Source: Tubulanus polymorphus (taxonomy: Eukaryota > Animalia > Nemertea). Taken from it: a stretch of 64,000 nt of DNA. The notes under the pieces are model-generated. The model was not told the origin of the DNA, made no database searches, and saw nothing but the letters and a program-made list of their open reading frames with translations. A program made the position numbers and the translations under genes. Location of the stretch: positions 20,777,910 to 20,841,909 of the forward strand of contig NC_134031.1 in the NCBI RefSeq assembly GCF_964204645.1, read 5' to 3'. Shown here piece by piece: positions 12,901 through 25,050 of the stretch. Position 1 is the first letter of the stretch. Each line of letters begins with the position of its first letter.

Positions 12901-15900
12901 GCAGTTTCAAGAATAGATACGCAGGATGTGATCGCATTAACGGTCGCTTTAATTATCGACAGGGTAACCATTAAATCATGGACAATGAACCGTTGATAGC
13001 GTGTACGGGGCTCTCCGCAACGACCTTCGGAATACATGTCTGGATTACAGAAATGGTTGTATGATGGCTAATAAAAAGAACATTCTGTAGGCAGCGCTCT
13101 CTACGGGGTTGATTTTATCAGATAGAGCTTGAAGCTGCTGTGTGTATATGACGGTCCATACGTATTCCAGACAGACCCTGGCGATAAAAGCAGAAGGGGT
13201 CGGGTTATCTTCTATAAATCCCGTGAGCGCATGTACCCGTGTACTCCGGGTCCACAGAGGTGAACCTACGGCTAGGTCAGTAGCTGAGACATTCTTTTCA
13301 CCAACAAGGGTGGATTTTATGCGGTGGTTTCGAGTGGTCCGGGACCGGTTGCCTTCCCATTGAGGTGTTGCCCTTTTCGTCAAGACGAAGATTGTTAAAA
13401 CCTGTAAATTTGACACTTATCTTCTCGGAAATTGCAACATTTCGCATGTATTTCTTCAAGAATTTCTTAAACTAAAGTCTTTAACTTTGCCGCTTTATCC
13501 GAGAAAAATGCCTTTTCTTTTAATCTCGACTCCGGCCTCTAATTTTCCGAGATCAGCCCTGACCGGAACTACGCGAAGTAACTCATTCCCTACACAATAA
13601 AACTAACTCATGTTATTCATAATACGACAAATCCTTCCAAATATGATGATATCTCACGAGTTCTGTTCATCTACCGAACCGATCCAAAAAACGACGGTGC
13701 CAAACATAACATCGATGTGTGCTCGATATAACATGTTCGCCCAAACTCTCAAATTTTTTCCCGAGCCTTTATTCAATGATTCGGCCTTACGAAAAGGTGG
13801 ATTTTAGAAGAAAAAAAGCCCAGCTTCTAGATGAAAAGGTTATGTGGGCTGTTTTATTCAAAACGGATGCTCGCACTCTTTGAGATCAACTACTAAATCA
13901 CCTATTGCTCTTTTGTATTCAGCGTGAAACTGCTCTTTCGGAGAGGTTTAGACTCATCTCCGAAATATCCTAAACAGGCCTGTATAAGATATTATGATAT
14001 ATGATATAATATTTGTGCTTCGCTCAGAGCAATCTAGCGCGGTAAGATAGGTGAAGAAATATGATATAAAGAGTTAGAGATGTCTTGAGATGTAGCCTTA
14101 CAACATTACGCCAAAAAACATCATCCGGGTATCGAGCCGAAATAGTGACAACTTTCCGTAGGTGGATCTACCCATGTCGAAAAGCTCTACGGCACACCAT
14201 CCTTTCCCCAGACTAAATAAACTAGAGAGAATCTGAATTTCAAATAACATACCTCTGATCGATGCAGAACTTTCTTGTTTTTCTGTTGGTTCAACAAGAA
14301 AGAACAACAACGAGTTGAAATCGATTTGTAAATTCTGATCCAGGTTTTTATCAGTACGTACCCGCGACAGTCCGTGGACGGAGATATTTCAGGGACAAAA
14401 CCAACTGATTCTATAGACGACGGTTGAAAAGAAATTGTTTCTTTCTTTGAGATTTTTTTCGCGAAAAGCTTCTAATGTATGCGTAAATGTATTATTTCGA
14501 CGAGCGTCAAAGCATCAATAGCTGAGCTGCATCATCATTAATCATATTGATTCTATTATGTGTCGGTGACAGTAGAAAAAGAGAGAAGGCGTCGTCGTGA
14601 TGTAACTGATGGAGGTGGGGCCCGTCTATGTTAATTTTGTTTTATACTCTCTCCGGATCGATGTCGCGAATAAATGAGAAAATTATGCATGCCGCTGACG
14701 AGAGGAATAATTTACAAGAGGGGGATTTTACGATCGCGTGTGTAGCCATGTTCGACAACGATAAACCGAATGGCCTTGCTTCTAACGCTGTGCAACCTTA
14801 TCAGAGCGGTCAGAGCTGTGGTCAGTTTACAGGCGTGTAGATCGCTGTACGCGAATAGGCAGTAATCGACCATTTGTTCTACAATATATCTACTTAAAGC
14901 CTTTACGGAAAAAAGAGATCCCCATACGGCCTTAATATCGTTTATCACGCGGGATATTAAACAGATAAAAGAAAGAGGTTTTACAATCGGCGTACACGCA
15001 TCTACATACACTAATACAAACAGCATGAAGACATTCCTTTAGTTTCAACTATTAAACAGACCACGGTCATCATAAGTCTGAAATCAAAATCAGCAAAAAC
15101 ATCGATGTGACTAACTGACGGTGGTTGACCAACCTTGCCCGATATATGAAATAGCAACGCCGTTCTAATTCCACTTTAGACGCCTCTTGCAATCCATAAG
15201 ATCAAAGCGACCTCCGTAAGAACTCGTAATCAAATTTGCCTAACAGTATTTCTTATTCTGTATGAAATTATGTAACAGTCTATACCTCCATACGCCAAAC
15301 TTCGGTTAAAGATGAAGAAATATATCGATGATATTCTTACATATGTACCGAAATGCACAATAAACTATAAGTGAATAATTTATACGGTAAGATATCGTAT
15401 GTCAAATGTCAAACCCGAAACCTTTCCATTGTTAGTTCATTCGGCGGCGGTGGACTCTAAAGCGATTTCGATTCGTTTCAGAGTCGATGTTTTGGTCTCT
15501 TGATTGATAGGAATGCGAGTATTTCATCATTATCCTGGATATTCATTACTGCACATTTATATTTCATATACTTGATGACGAGATATAACGAGCTATACCG
15601 ATATTACTTCCCAGTTCTGCATTATTAATTCCATTCATTTCGCATAGAAAAAAATTCATTACATCTGTCGTGTTGTTTCTGAGGGATATAGATTGGTCGT
15701 AGATTCGTGGTCTCAGAAACCCTAGACGCGGCTCTACAATTCATTATTAGGTTACAGTGCTGCCGATCAAAATTCGTGAAATGTTTCATCCCATTTTCGT
15801 AAAAATTGATAAACTTATCTAACATATCATATACTAACTTCATTCTTACAGTAAATAGTCACAGCAAATTTGATTTCAACCCTCGACAATTTTCAACACA

Positions 15901-16736
15901 CATGCACTCACCCAAGCCCACGAGCTTGAAACATAACCAGTCGTGAGTTTAAAGAACGTGATGAATGAATGAAGGAGAAATTACATGAATTATTGACAAG
16001 TTGACAATTTGTTGTTCATTCCTAGCCCTATACGGACTAAGTATAGAAAAGAAAACACTCGTTAGCAAGACATGCTTGATATATATGACTATCAATATTT
16101 GAAAATAAAAGTTTGTTCCCATGTATCGAGAAGGCAATCGCCAAGATGATTACAGCAAAATAAGAAGAAGACAAATCCGTCTAGATGTGTATACAAAGAT
16201 ACAATGAAAATGAAATTGAATTTTGACGTTCAGTTCACTATGATAATATTACAAGTTTCAGTATCATACACTACAGGAGCAAGAGACACTTATAAAACTG
16301 AGACCTATATGAGATTTTATTGGTCTCAAGTCATGACATGTAGTAATTCATGTAGTATTTAGTAGAAACACGAAGTGTTCTATCTCTATTTCCCCGAAAC
16401 TCGTTCTTCCAAAAACGCTATATTATTTTTTACCATCCAAACGCATTCTTTTAAGGCAAATATCAAAAGAAATGTTAATCAATTAGAATATACAAAGCAG
16501 GAGTTCAAATCCACTCAGAGTATTATTTGAAACAATAAAGCCACTCACTTCCCTCAATTGTGTTCTGAATTTGCATACTTTTTATAGCCTCTTTTGACAA
16601 TTAGAAAAAAAAATTCCATCTGGCTGAAAATATCGCCTTTTTGTCGTTGCTTTTTTTGAACGAATTATTACGAAGAATTGCTAATATTACCCATCGTTTT
16701 GTTGATGTACGTATGACAAAATTCGCAATCCCTTCC

Positions 16737-16778
16737 GTTCGACCATGGACTCGATTTAAAAAGAGTGCACGGTTCGAT
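16737..16778. mobile_element. 28-bp insert with 7-bp TSD (same family as 6207-6240)
   Basis: GTTCGAC-CATGGACTCGATTTAAAAAGAGTGCACG-GTTCGAT. Confidence 0.55.
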
Positions 16779-18729
16779 GCAGACAGCTGCCTATTTTAGC
16801 ATCCCGACTACTGCATGTATTTATCTAAACACAATTAATGGCCCCATGCGACTCATGTTTTACAACTCAATGAAGACACAATGGATATCATCGCGTCTTT
16901 ATACCGTATCGTGGAGAGACACACGTGTCCAAGAACACAGCGCTACTCGAAATTAGTTCCCCGGTCGGTAACATGCATGTCGGCTACAATGCCACTACTA
17001 TCCTGAAGAGAAACCATCTTCTTGTGCGTCTAGAATTTCTTGCATTCGATTACGATTAAAAATTATCCAAACGCTACGTATTATATTAAACCAAATGGAA
17101 TTTCAACGTCCATTCAGTTTTAGGATCTCTTTCTATCAAAGCATCAGACGTGCTTCAAAACAAAACATTTGTAACGAGTATTTACCAAAACGGGAGCCCT
17201 ATTCAGTAACAACCATTCAGTAACGCTGACCCGGTGTATATGTGCGAACTCTTTCTATCTTATAAACATGTTGTTACTACACACACGCTGTTCATAATAT
17301 TACTACGTATCTTGAAAATGTTTTAGGGAGACATTTTTAAACATCGGAAAATGAACCCATCTCAACGCGAGACTTAAAATCTTACCAACAACTGCGAAAC
17401 TGGAATACAGTGGCTCAAAGATCAGTAAGATTTAGCGATCAGGATCCAGTTCCGCAGTTGTGAGTAAGGAGGTAAACGCAATTCATTTTCGATGAGTTTA
17501 AGACTCTGAGTGAAATGAGAACTCAGAACTGTGGAGCAATGCGGCTTTAATTTATTGTCATATTCTTATAATCATGTTTTCACGTTTTACATATGACACC
17601 GTTCTTCAAATTTATGGTAATCATTGCGTCAACGCAGGGCATAATCTACTCTTGATTCTATTTAAAACTGGGGCAATGAATATTTGCATATTCATACTGA
17701 TCCGCGATTCAAAATGTGCAGACGATAATCAACCGTAATTGTATGAAAATGTATGATGAACATAGAAATTTCATGAATTTACACCTTAAATACGCAACTT
17801 GTCTAAAATTTGATGAATTTATTTTGGCGCCGAACGCTCAAAAATGTCATTTATTCTTTTGATTTCTTCCAATCGCGAATGTAATTAACATTATACATTT
17901 TTATCGGAAAAAGAATCATTTTTTTCAGATTATCGGCCCATGAGCGGACCGAGATAAACCGTTGAAATTGGGACCTAACAGTCTGGACTAGTGTAATGAA
18001 CGTCTATTTAAGTCAAAGGAGATCGAAAATTTACAAAAGATACGCGTAAATCCTTCAGAAATAATCGAAATATAACCGCAATACCAGACGCCTTCTGTTT
18101 TGCATAGAAAACTAACAACGTTTTTCATTTTGATAGAATCTCTCTTAATTTGCATCTTTATTTTCACAACACTCAATACGACAATAAGTTACAAACTGCA
18201 ACCTTGGATTTATTATCTTAAATTTTCAAGATGATTACTCAAAGCTGCTACCACAACCTAATACTCCATGCCTATCACTAACCTACCTACATGTTACTTA
18301 CCGACGATACCTGAGTTGTCAGTTGCTCAACGTTCGATTTGAAATAAACAGATGACAAAACGACGTCTTATTGACCAATTCTAAATTCGATATTTAATAT
18401 TCATATCGTGGCCTTTATTCTTCGATACAACACTTTAACATGAAAGTTCATGCTTATTTATAGTGATTTCGCGTTTGTTTATAGCATCGACCAGACTCTA
18501 AACTGTCGCAATATGCTAATTTTTATATCCCAGGCACTCTTCGCCATATTGGCATGTTCCAGAATTATTCAAATATTTAATAAAATCCATAAAAGGATAA
18601 CGTATGAAAAAGCGGTATGAGTATATATTACATTTTTCAAATGAAATTCAAAGAATTTCGAAGATAAAGGAAAAAACTTTCATAAAAATGGCTTATTAAA
18701 CAAATTATTATCAAAAAGGAATTAAAATG

Positions 18730-18765
18730 ACACAACGTTTCGATCTAGAGATCATCGTCAGGTGT
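18730..18765 (-). ncRNA. Minimal type I hammerhead ribozyme motif (Penelope-like)
   Basis: Minus strand reads ACAC-CUGACGA-U-GAUC(UCUA)GAUC-GAAAC-GUU-GUGU: stem I ACAC/GUGU, intact core, 4-bp stem II, palindromic ACGU stem III, GUH cleavage triplet. Confidence 0.7.
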
Positions 18766-19389
18766 TCTCCTCGTTTGAGTGTTGCTATTCTACTACTCTG
18801 TAGTATTTACGTCGGTTACGATTTAGATTTTTGATTCAATGTTCGGCGGTTGAGGCAGCTTCGAAACAGATTCGTTTAGAATGCTTTTTTTTTATCGCTC
18901 AGAATAATCATGAGCTTTATAAGCTTACGACTGTGCTTTATTACAGGAAGTATAAATCCAGTTTTCAGGAAATGACCGTTCTCGTGCTTTGGATTTATGA
19001 TTCTGGACTTCTCGCTAAGGCTATGGTGTCTGGGATTCAAACCAACATCAATTAACCTCTCTTACGCTTGATTGAACTTTAACTTTGTTTGTCGTTACTC
19101 TCGAGCCACAAAATGAGAATATGAGCAAGCTTATAAAGTAATGGCCCGATTGCGATAGAAAAAGATTCTTACGACACACCAACACACATGACTTACATAT
19201 TGACGGTATACATGGATTCACCTAGAATATTGATAAGATAAGCTTTCTTATAAAACAACTGAAATTGTGAGGAGTTCTAAACTATTATGTATTGCTAACA
19301 GGGTAGAATACTAGTACTAATTATCTATACATCTATATGCCTGATATTTTGGAAATATCTACATAAGAACAAGTAATGATATCACAGTA

Positions 19390-19427
19390 CCCCCCCCCCC
19401 CTCCCCCCCCCTCTCCTCCCCCCCCCC
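19390..19427. repeat. Interrupted poly-C / poly-G tract
   Basis: CCCCCCCCCCCCTCCCCCCCCCTCTCCTCCCCCCCCC; a similar tract lies at about 690-721. Confidence 0.85.
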
Positions 19428-22189
19428 AGTGTTGTTGCAGTACGAGCTTAGTTTTAGGTTTCGATCCACATTTTTCTATCTTCCAGTTTCTACAGAAAAT
19501 TATGGTTTGTTGCACTGAATGTAGCAACATTGTAAATAAAATAATCAGGAAATACCGAGAGTGAATATTTTCTAATTTTAGATTGAATCGGTACGCCATT
19601 GGTCGAATTGAGGTTCTCCACTCCTGCGTAAAATGATCTAGAAATCTTTTTAAGTAGATTTTAAGCCATGTAGTATTTGGGTAATCCTGATTATCCCGTG
19701 TATCATTCTGGCAGGTGGAATTGGGCTTTTAAAGAAGATTCCGTGGTCTGGTGAAGCTTTAGTATGAACTCGTTTCAAGCATCGATGTTGAAAAATCCAC
19801 AGATTTTACATCCCCAGGAGCGAGGACTGGTACTAGTCAGCTAGTTAGACAATCGGTGGATTCAGTTTGTAAATTATTTCATGTAGTTCGTGTGTAGAGC
19901 CGTTATAGATGGCTAACTAAATACCTTCAGAGATTCTATTTCGATGAAGTAAACTCAAGTATATATGACCACTAACCGCTCCTTGTTCATCCATGTAGGT
20001 CTTTATCAACGGGTTGGAGATTCCTAACAGAAATGTTCAGCTTCTTAAATGCTTGATTTGATAGGTGAAAAAAAAACAATTTTAAGTAAAACATTTAAAG
20101 TTTTATAGATAGTGAGTTAACGTTTCGACTCATATATGAATTCAATCGAAACGTTTACTACATTTTTTATTCCGAGTTTGAAACTCGAATTTGATGGCTA
20201 ATAATTCGACTTATCGAGGTTCAAACGTTGACTTTTTGAATTAAAATATTCGACTTTTAGCCCCAAAATCGAATTTATTTGGCAGCATTGCTCTTCCGTA
20301 AAACTCTACATATGACATGCTTTACTTTAGTTTGACTTTAACTTAGTTTTTAATTATGTGGTTCTTTCACGTGATGAAGGATCTAAAACAAATGCTAATG
20401 CATAAGAACATAGGAACTTCCTGACTCTTTTTTATAAGATTCACCAGCAACCAATGCTTTATCCCGAATCCATTTTTACCTATAAATGAATTATCGCTAT
20501 CAATAAAAAAAAATAATTGATCACCGAATTGGACGATGCGACTTCACTTTTCAACGTCAAAATAAAATGAGCAAGCGTGAGTTAAGTATATACTCGAAGT
20601 ATAAACTATTTAGTATAAATCACGAAGATTTTACAAGTTTGAACATGATATATGAAGATTTATCTTTAACTCGTGACCAACCGGGCTTCGTGTAATAACG
20701 AGCAATTGTTAATGATCGAGATTTGCAATTAATCACGAATGCATGAAATTGATACCGAAATAACATAATATACCGCGCGTCAAAATCATTTTCACTTATA
20801 GAAATCAAAAAGAGTCGATCTCGACATGATATGCCACGGTCTCTCACCAATCATTCAGGCATTAACTCATGTTTTTATGGTGTTGTTTAACGTAGTATCC
20901 ATGGTTTCAACGCTGGTGAACACACCCATCACAGGGAAAATCGGAGTTTATTGGAAATAAAGAATCGTGTTTGATACCGTTTAGGATTTTGCATTTGACA
21001 GCCTATTAATAATAACGTGGAGAGTCTCTATAGACAATGCGCTACTAGGCCGCCATTTGCAATTTTCTGACATACAACAGCGGCACAACAGTAGGACTCG
21101 TTAATTGATGCTTTTCACAGAAAATACGACCGAACATAAATTGATATCACTGAATAGATGCATGTAGGTCTACGGTCTCTAAGTAGGTCCATCTTTGTCG
21201 TTTAGGTATTTTCCCTAACTGATTTTTTATTCAGAAATTCAACATTGAATGGATGCAAAATGAGCAGGCAACTCATGACGTACCGTCAGGAGACATTAAA
21301 TCCAGAAATGATATTTATTTATACATCAATAGAAAAAATATCTTCGAATGACACATTAGCACGGGGAACTGCCGCTACTGATTCACGCGCATAACGGACA
21401 TTACACCTCCGGGTTGTAAACCTCTGGAAAAAAAAACCTTCTGCGCAAAACACCTCCAAACTCCTGAGACATATGTGAAAATGAGCCTGAGCGATTGAAG
21501 ATGTTTGAATATCAAATACGTCATATTTCACATACTTGAACTTGTAAATGCCGATCCACACATTGGTTTTGTATACTATATTAGTACTGATAGATTTACA
21601 TATAAGACAATTAAAGAAAAAACCTTCTTTTATCATCTTTTAAAAACCATTCCCAATTTACATACATATATTGTCTAACTTAGATTCAAAGAACGAGTGT
21701 TGCCGAAAAATTGTTATAGCACTTAATTTAATAACCAGCTAAAATATACATCTTTATCATTACAGTATACCATTATGGAAGTGTTCTGTCTGGAGATGCC
21801 TCATCGACATAAACCGATGCAACTAATTGCCGTCCTAAAATCTTCCGTCAGTATCTGGTGGTTGAAACCGTTGCGTCATACCCTCATAGAAAATATGGTG
21901 ATTTGTTTTTGAACATCATTATTTATGTCATAGATACTACTACAATCATCATAATTATCATAATTATATGGTTGGTTCTTCAAAGGCGAAACTACGAATG
22001 GAATGTCTTTGAGTATTGTGGCAGAGATTGTCATTCTAAGAAAATGACCCTTAGTAATTGGACTGTGGAAATGTTACCTGCATTACTACTGCACATCATT
22101 TTATAGGTATTTCTTATTGTATGTATCATCATCATTCTATTATATAAAGAGAATCCAACAATGATAACGAAAATGTTTCCTTGACTTAC

Positions 22190-22500
22190 TAGTTAATTCA
22201 ACGTTTTGACAATATCTGAATAATCATCTTCATCAGGAATGCTGTATTCGTCACAACACGGATATAGTATTTTATCAATGGCGATTCTTCTTTCTATTGT
22301 TCAGTTCGTATCTAGACATAAAACGTTCTGAATTACTGTTGACCAGTAGGAATAAATCTGTAAATAACTAGTGATGAAACCACTCTATTCGTGTTGAAAG
22401 ATAATATAAAACTCCCGCACTGAAATCTTACCTTCAGCTTTGATCTATTCGACGTTTCAAGAAGATGACTATCAGGATATAGTCGAAACGTCGAATAAAT
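22190..22500. mobile_element. Penelope-like terminal remnants (two hammerhead-type segments)
   Basis: 22190-22285 is the reverse complement of the 6800-6900 family (ATTC-CTGATGAAGATGATTAT...ATTGTCAAAACGTTGAATTAACTA). 22445-22500 has GAAGATGACTATCAGGATATAGTCGAAACGTCGAATA. Confidence 0.55.
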
Positions 22501-23036
22501 ATCATGCTCATTTCAGTGTACGATTGAAATATGATAAATTTGAATCCTCCACATCAGAATTCGTTCATCCCTAAATGCTTCATCTACCATTGACATGTTT
22601 TCAATGCTTGAGATTAGTTTTGTCGCAAAGTAAGGTTCAAAGTAAGAATCTGTAAGGCGTTTGCCCCAATAGACTGAGCTAAAGTGTTATTAAATCATTG
22701 ATCCTATTTAGTTACATGGAAAGTCGACCAGAGCTTTAGAGAAGTAGAGACCCCCAATTATCACAAAATGTTCGCCGGTAAATGGACATTGAATATTCAT
22801 AGTCAATATTCCGGTTGTAATAAATGAGCTTGAATGATTTTGCAATGGAATTTCAGGATTCTAGAATGATTTCAGCGGCCTTGTGAAAAATAAGCGGTTA
22901 TAATCTGTCGCACAGACACATAGAGGCTAATAGGATAGAGCAGTTCCTGAATAAACAATGATAACTATTGAAATTCTCATTATTCGCTGAACGTAGAAAT
23001 CAACCATAAAACCACCATAAAACACAGTATAGCTTA

Positions 23037-23074
23037 GATAAATCATGGACTCGTTTTAGAGTCCATGGATAAAT
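23037..23074. mobile_element. 24-bp insert with 7-bp TSD (same family as 6207-6240)
   Basis: GATAAAT-CATGGACTCGTTTTAGAGTCCATG-GATAAAT. Confidence 0.65.
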
Positions 23075-23739
23075 CAAGTAAAAAACCCTGACTGAATTTT
23101 GTACAACGCCTTATCCGCCGCTACAGTGACTTAACCATTCACATTTTCACCCCGAAACATTTACGACCCTATGAACTTCTTTTTGTATAATGTCTATTCT
23201 TATCTGTGAGTGAATTTCTCCGGTCGATCGAATACAATCGTGAATGCTCGTTTGGCCATGAACCGTGAGGTATTTCATTAGCTTACATCTACCCCCGGAG
23301 ACGGCACAAAACTCAGGGCCAGAAAGAAAACTAGAGTATCATCGAGTCGAGCAGTAATCTTTACTACCCAACAATCCAGATTACGAACTCTAATAATCTC
23401 GAGCAAGATGATTATATCGAAGAGTTGTTTAAACAACTCGTGTTGTTCAAATCATCATTAGTTCTATAATCTTAACCGCTAATCCGTTACACTATTCAAC
23501 GTCACATGCGAAATCGAGAAGCGATACAACGCTAAATGTGAAGGTATATTTTGCTGACACATCCGCCCACATTAATAAAAGGGATTATACACGTATATAC
23601 TTTACTTTACAATTTACGTAGTCACTGACACAAAATTACGATCACATTTCACTTACTTCCGTTATTGGGAGTACGCTGATTACAAGGCAAATATTTATCG
23701 CGCTCGAGAAAATATTTTGTTGATTTAGCGGTGATAAGT

Positions 23740-23850
23740 ACTTACCTTACGATATCGATCCGACGAGAGGGTGACTGCTGTAGCGAATACAATTCGCCGC
23801 CGTCGCCGCCGCCGCCGCCATCTTGATAACACGCGCGTCTCAGTGTCGTC
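23740..23850 (-). promoter_or_regulatory. Candidate GC-rich first exon with YY1-type CAAGATGGCGGC motif and strong splice donor
   Basis: Minus strand CAAGATGGCGGCGGCGGCGGCGACGGCGGCG ... TCGTAAG|GTAAGT (donor at 23745). Confidence 0.45.
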
Positions 23851-24707
23851 AAATCAGCAGAACTGGAATGAAGATACCCGGTATAGTATCTACCGTACTA
23901 CACACACTTCGTGTTCATCCAATCTCTGTAACAAAACATATCAAAACGAGAATAGGAAAGCGTCGTCTTACTGGAGAACGGGATTAGTATCGGAATAGAT
24001 CCTTATGGAATATCGAAGAGCTCCCACAACGAACAATAGGCATCGTTCCTTTTTGGAGATATAAAAACACCTGTTGGGCTTTTGTCGTCGAATTCCATCG
24101 TTTTCTAAAGGTCTTTGATCTAAACGAGCCTTCTCGGGTTACGATTGACAATAACCTAGCAAAATAAACCCCTGCCCCGGAGATCCGGAAATGAGAAAAT
24201 CGTCCATACGCGCCGCCGCTTGCAGTTTTCTGAAAATGGCGAAGATTCTGAAATCTGAATTAAAAAATTGCGAAATCTATTTCGGTGTTGCAACTTTATA
24301 TTGATTTTCGAAGATGATCTGTCGTCGGGTATTAAAGGAGAGCGGGATTTTTTTCCGTATTTTCACCAGTATTAATCATAGCCAGTCGTTTATTCGATTT
24401 ATCGATTCATGCCGAGAAATCAAAAGTTGAGAGGTTGGTTGACGCATTATGTATTCATTCAATGTGAATACGCCCAAACGATTTTTTTCGGCATCCTTTA
24501 ATCAAGGTACAATAATAGATTCTTATTCAAGCCAAACCCATCAAATTAATCGATTCGACTAATTCGTCATTTCTCCGATTTTCCCTTCTTGCTACAAATG
24601 TTTGACTCAAGAATCATCCCTTGGTCTAACATAGGCCTATAGAATATGATTAATTGCTAGGCCTTCTGGAGACTTCCTCGTTCGATTTCATTTGTTTAGG
24701 GATTGGT

Positions 24708-24781
24708 AAAAACAACTTGTATTCTAGAAAAAAAACAACTTGTATTCTAGAAAAAAAACAACTTGTATTCTAGAAAAAAAA
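24708..24781. repeat. 23-bp tandem repeat x3
   Basis: CAACTTGTATTCTAGAAAAAAAA starting at 24713, 24736 and 24759. Confidence 0.9.
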
Positions 24782-25009
24782 TCCAGCAAAATGCTCATTT
24801 CAAATAGGTTAAAACGTGCGAAGTTTGAGAACAGTTTTTGATGCAAAGTGATGCGAATGTTTCTCGCAAGAGGAAACTTCGACAGGGGAAATTCTAATTC
24901 TAAAAAAAATACTCTAATGTAATCGTGGCGAACACTTTGATCTTTAAGCTACTCGACTAACCCCTGATAGCAGTAATTAGCAAACTTGACTACTGATAAG
25001 CATTTCGTC

Positions 25010-25050
25010 TGAATGAATGAATGAATGAATGAATGAATGAATGAATGAAT
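25010..25050. repeat. (TGAA)n microsatellite
   Basis: About 10 consecutive TGAA units. Confidence 0.95.

Noticed and set aside
13045-13416. 123-aa ORF in a GC-richer patch; possible HDV-like ribozyme or retroelement 5' end (GGGCAACA)
   Set aside because: No protein motif recognised and the nested double pseudoknot could not be built.
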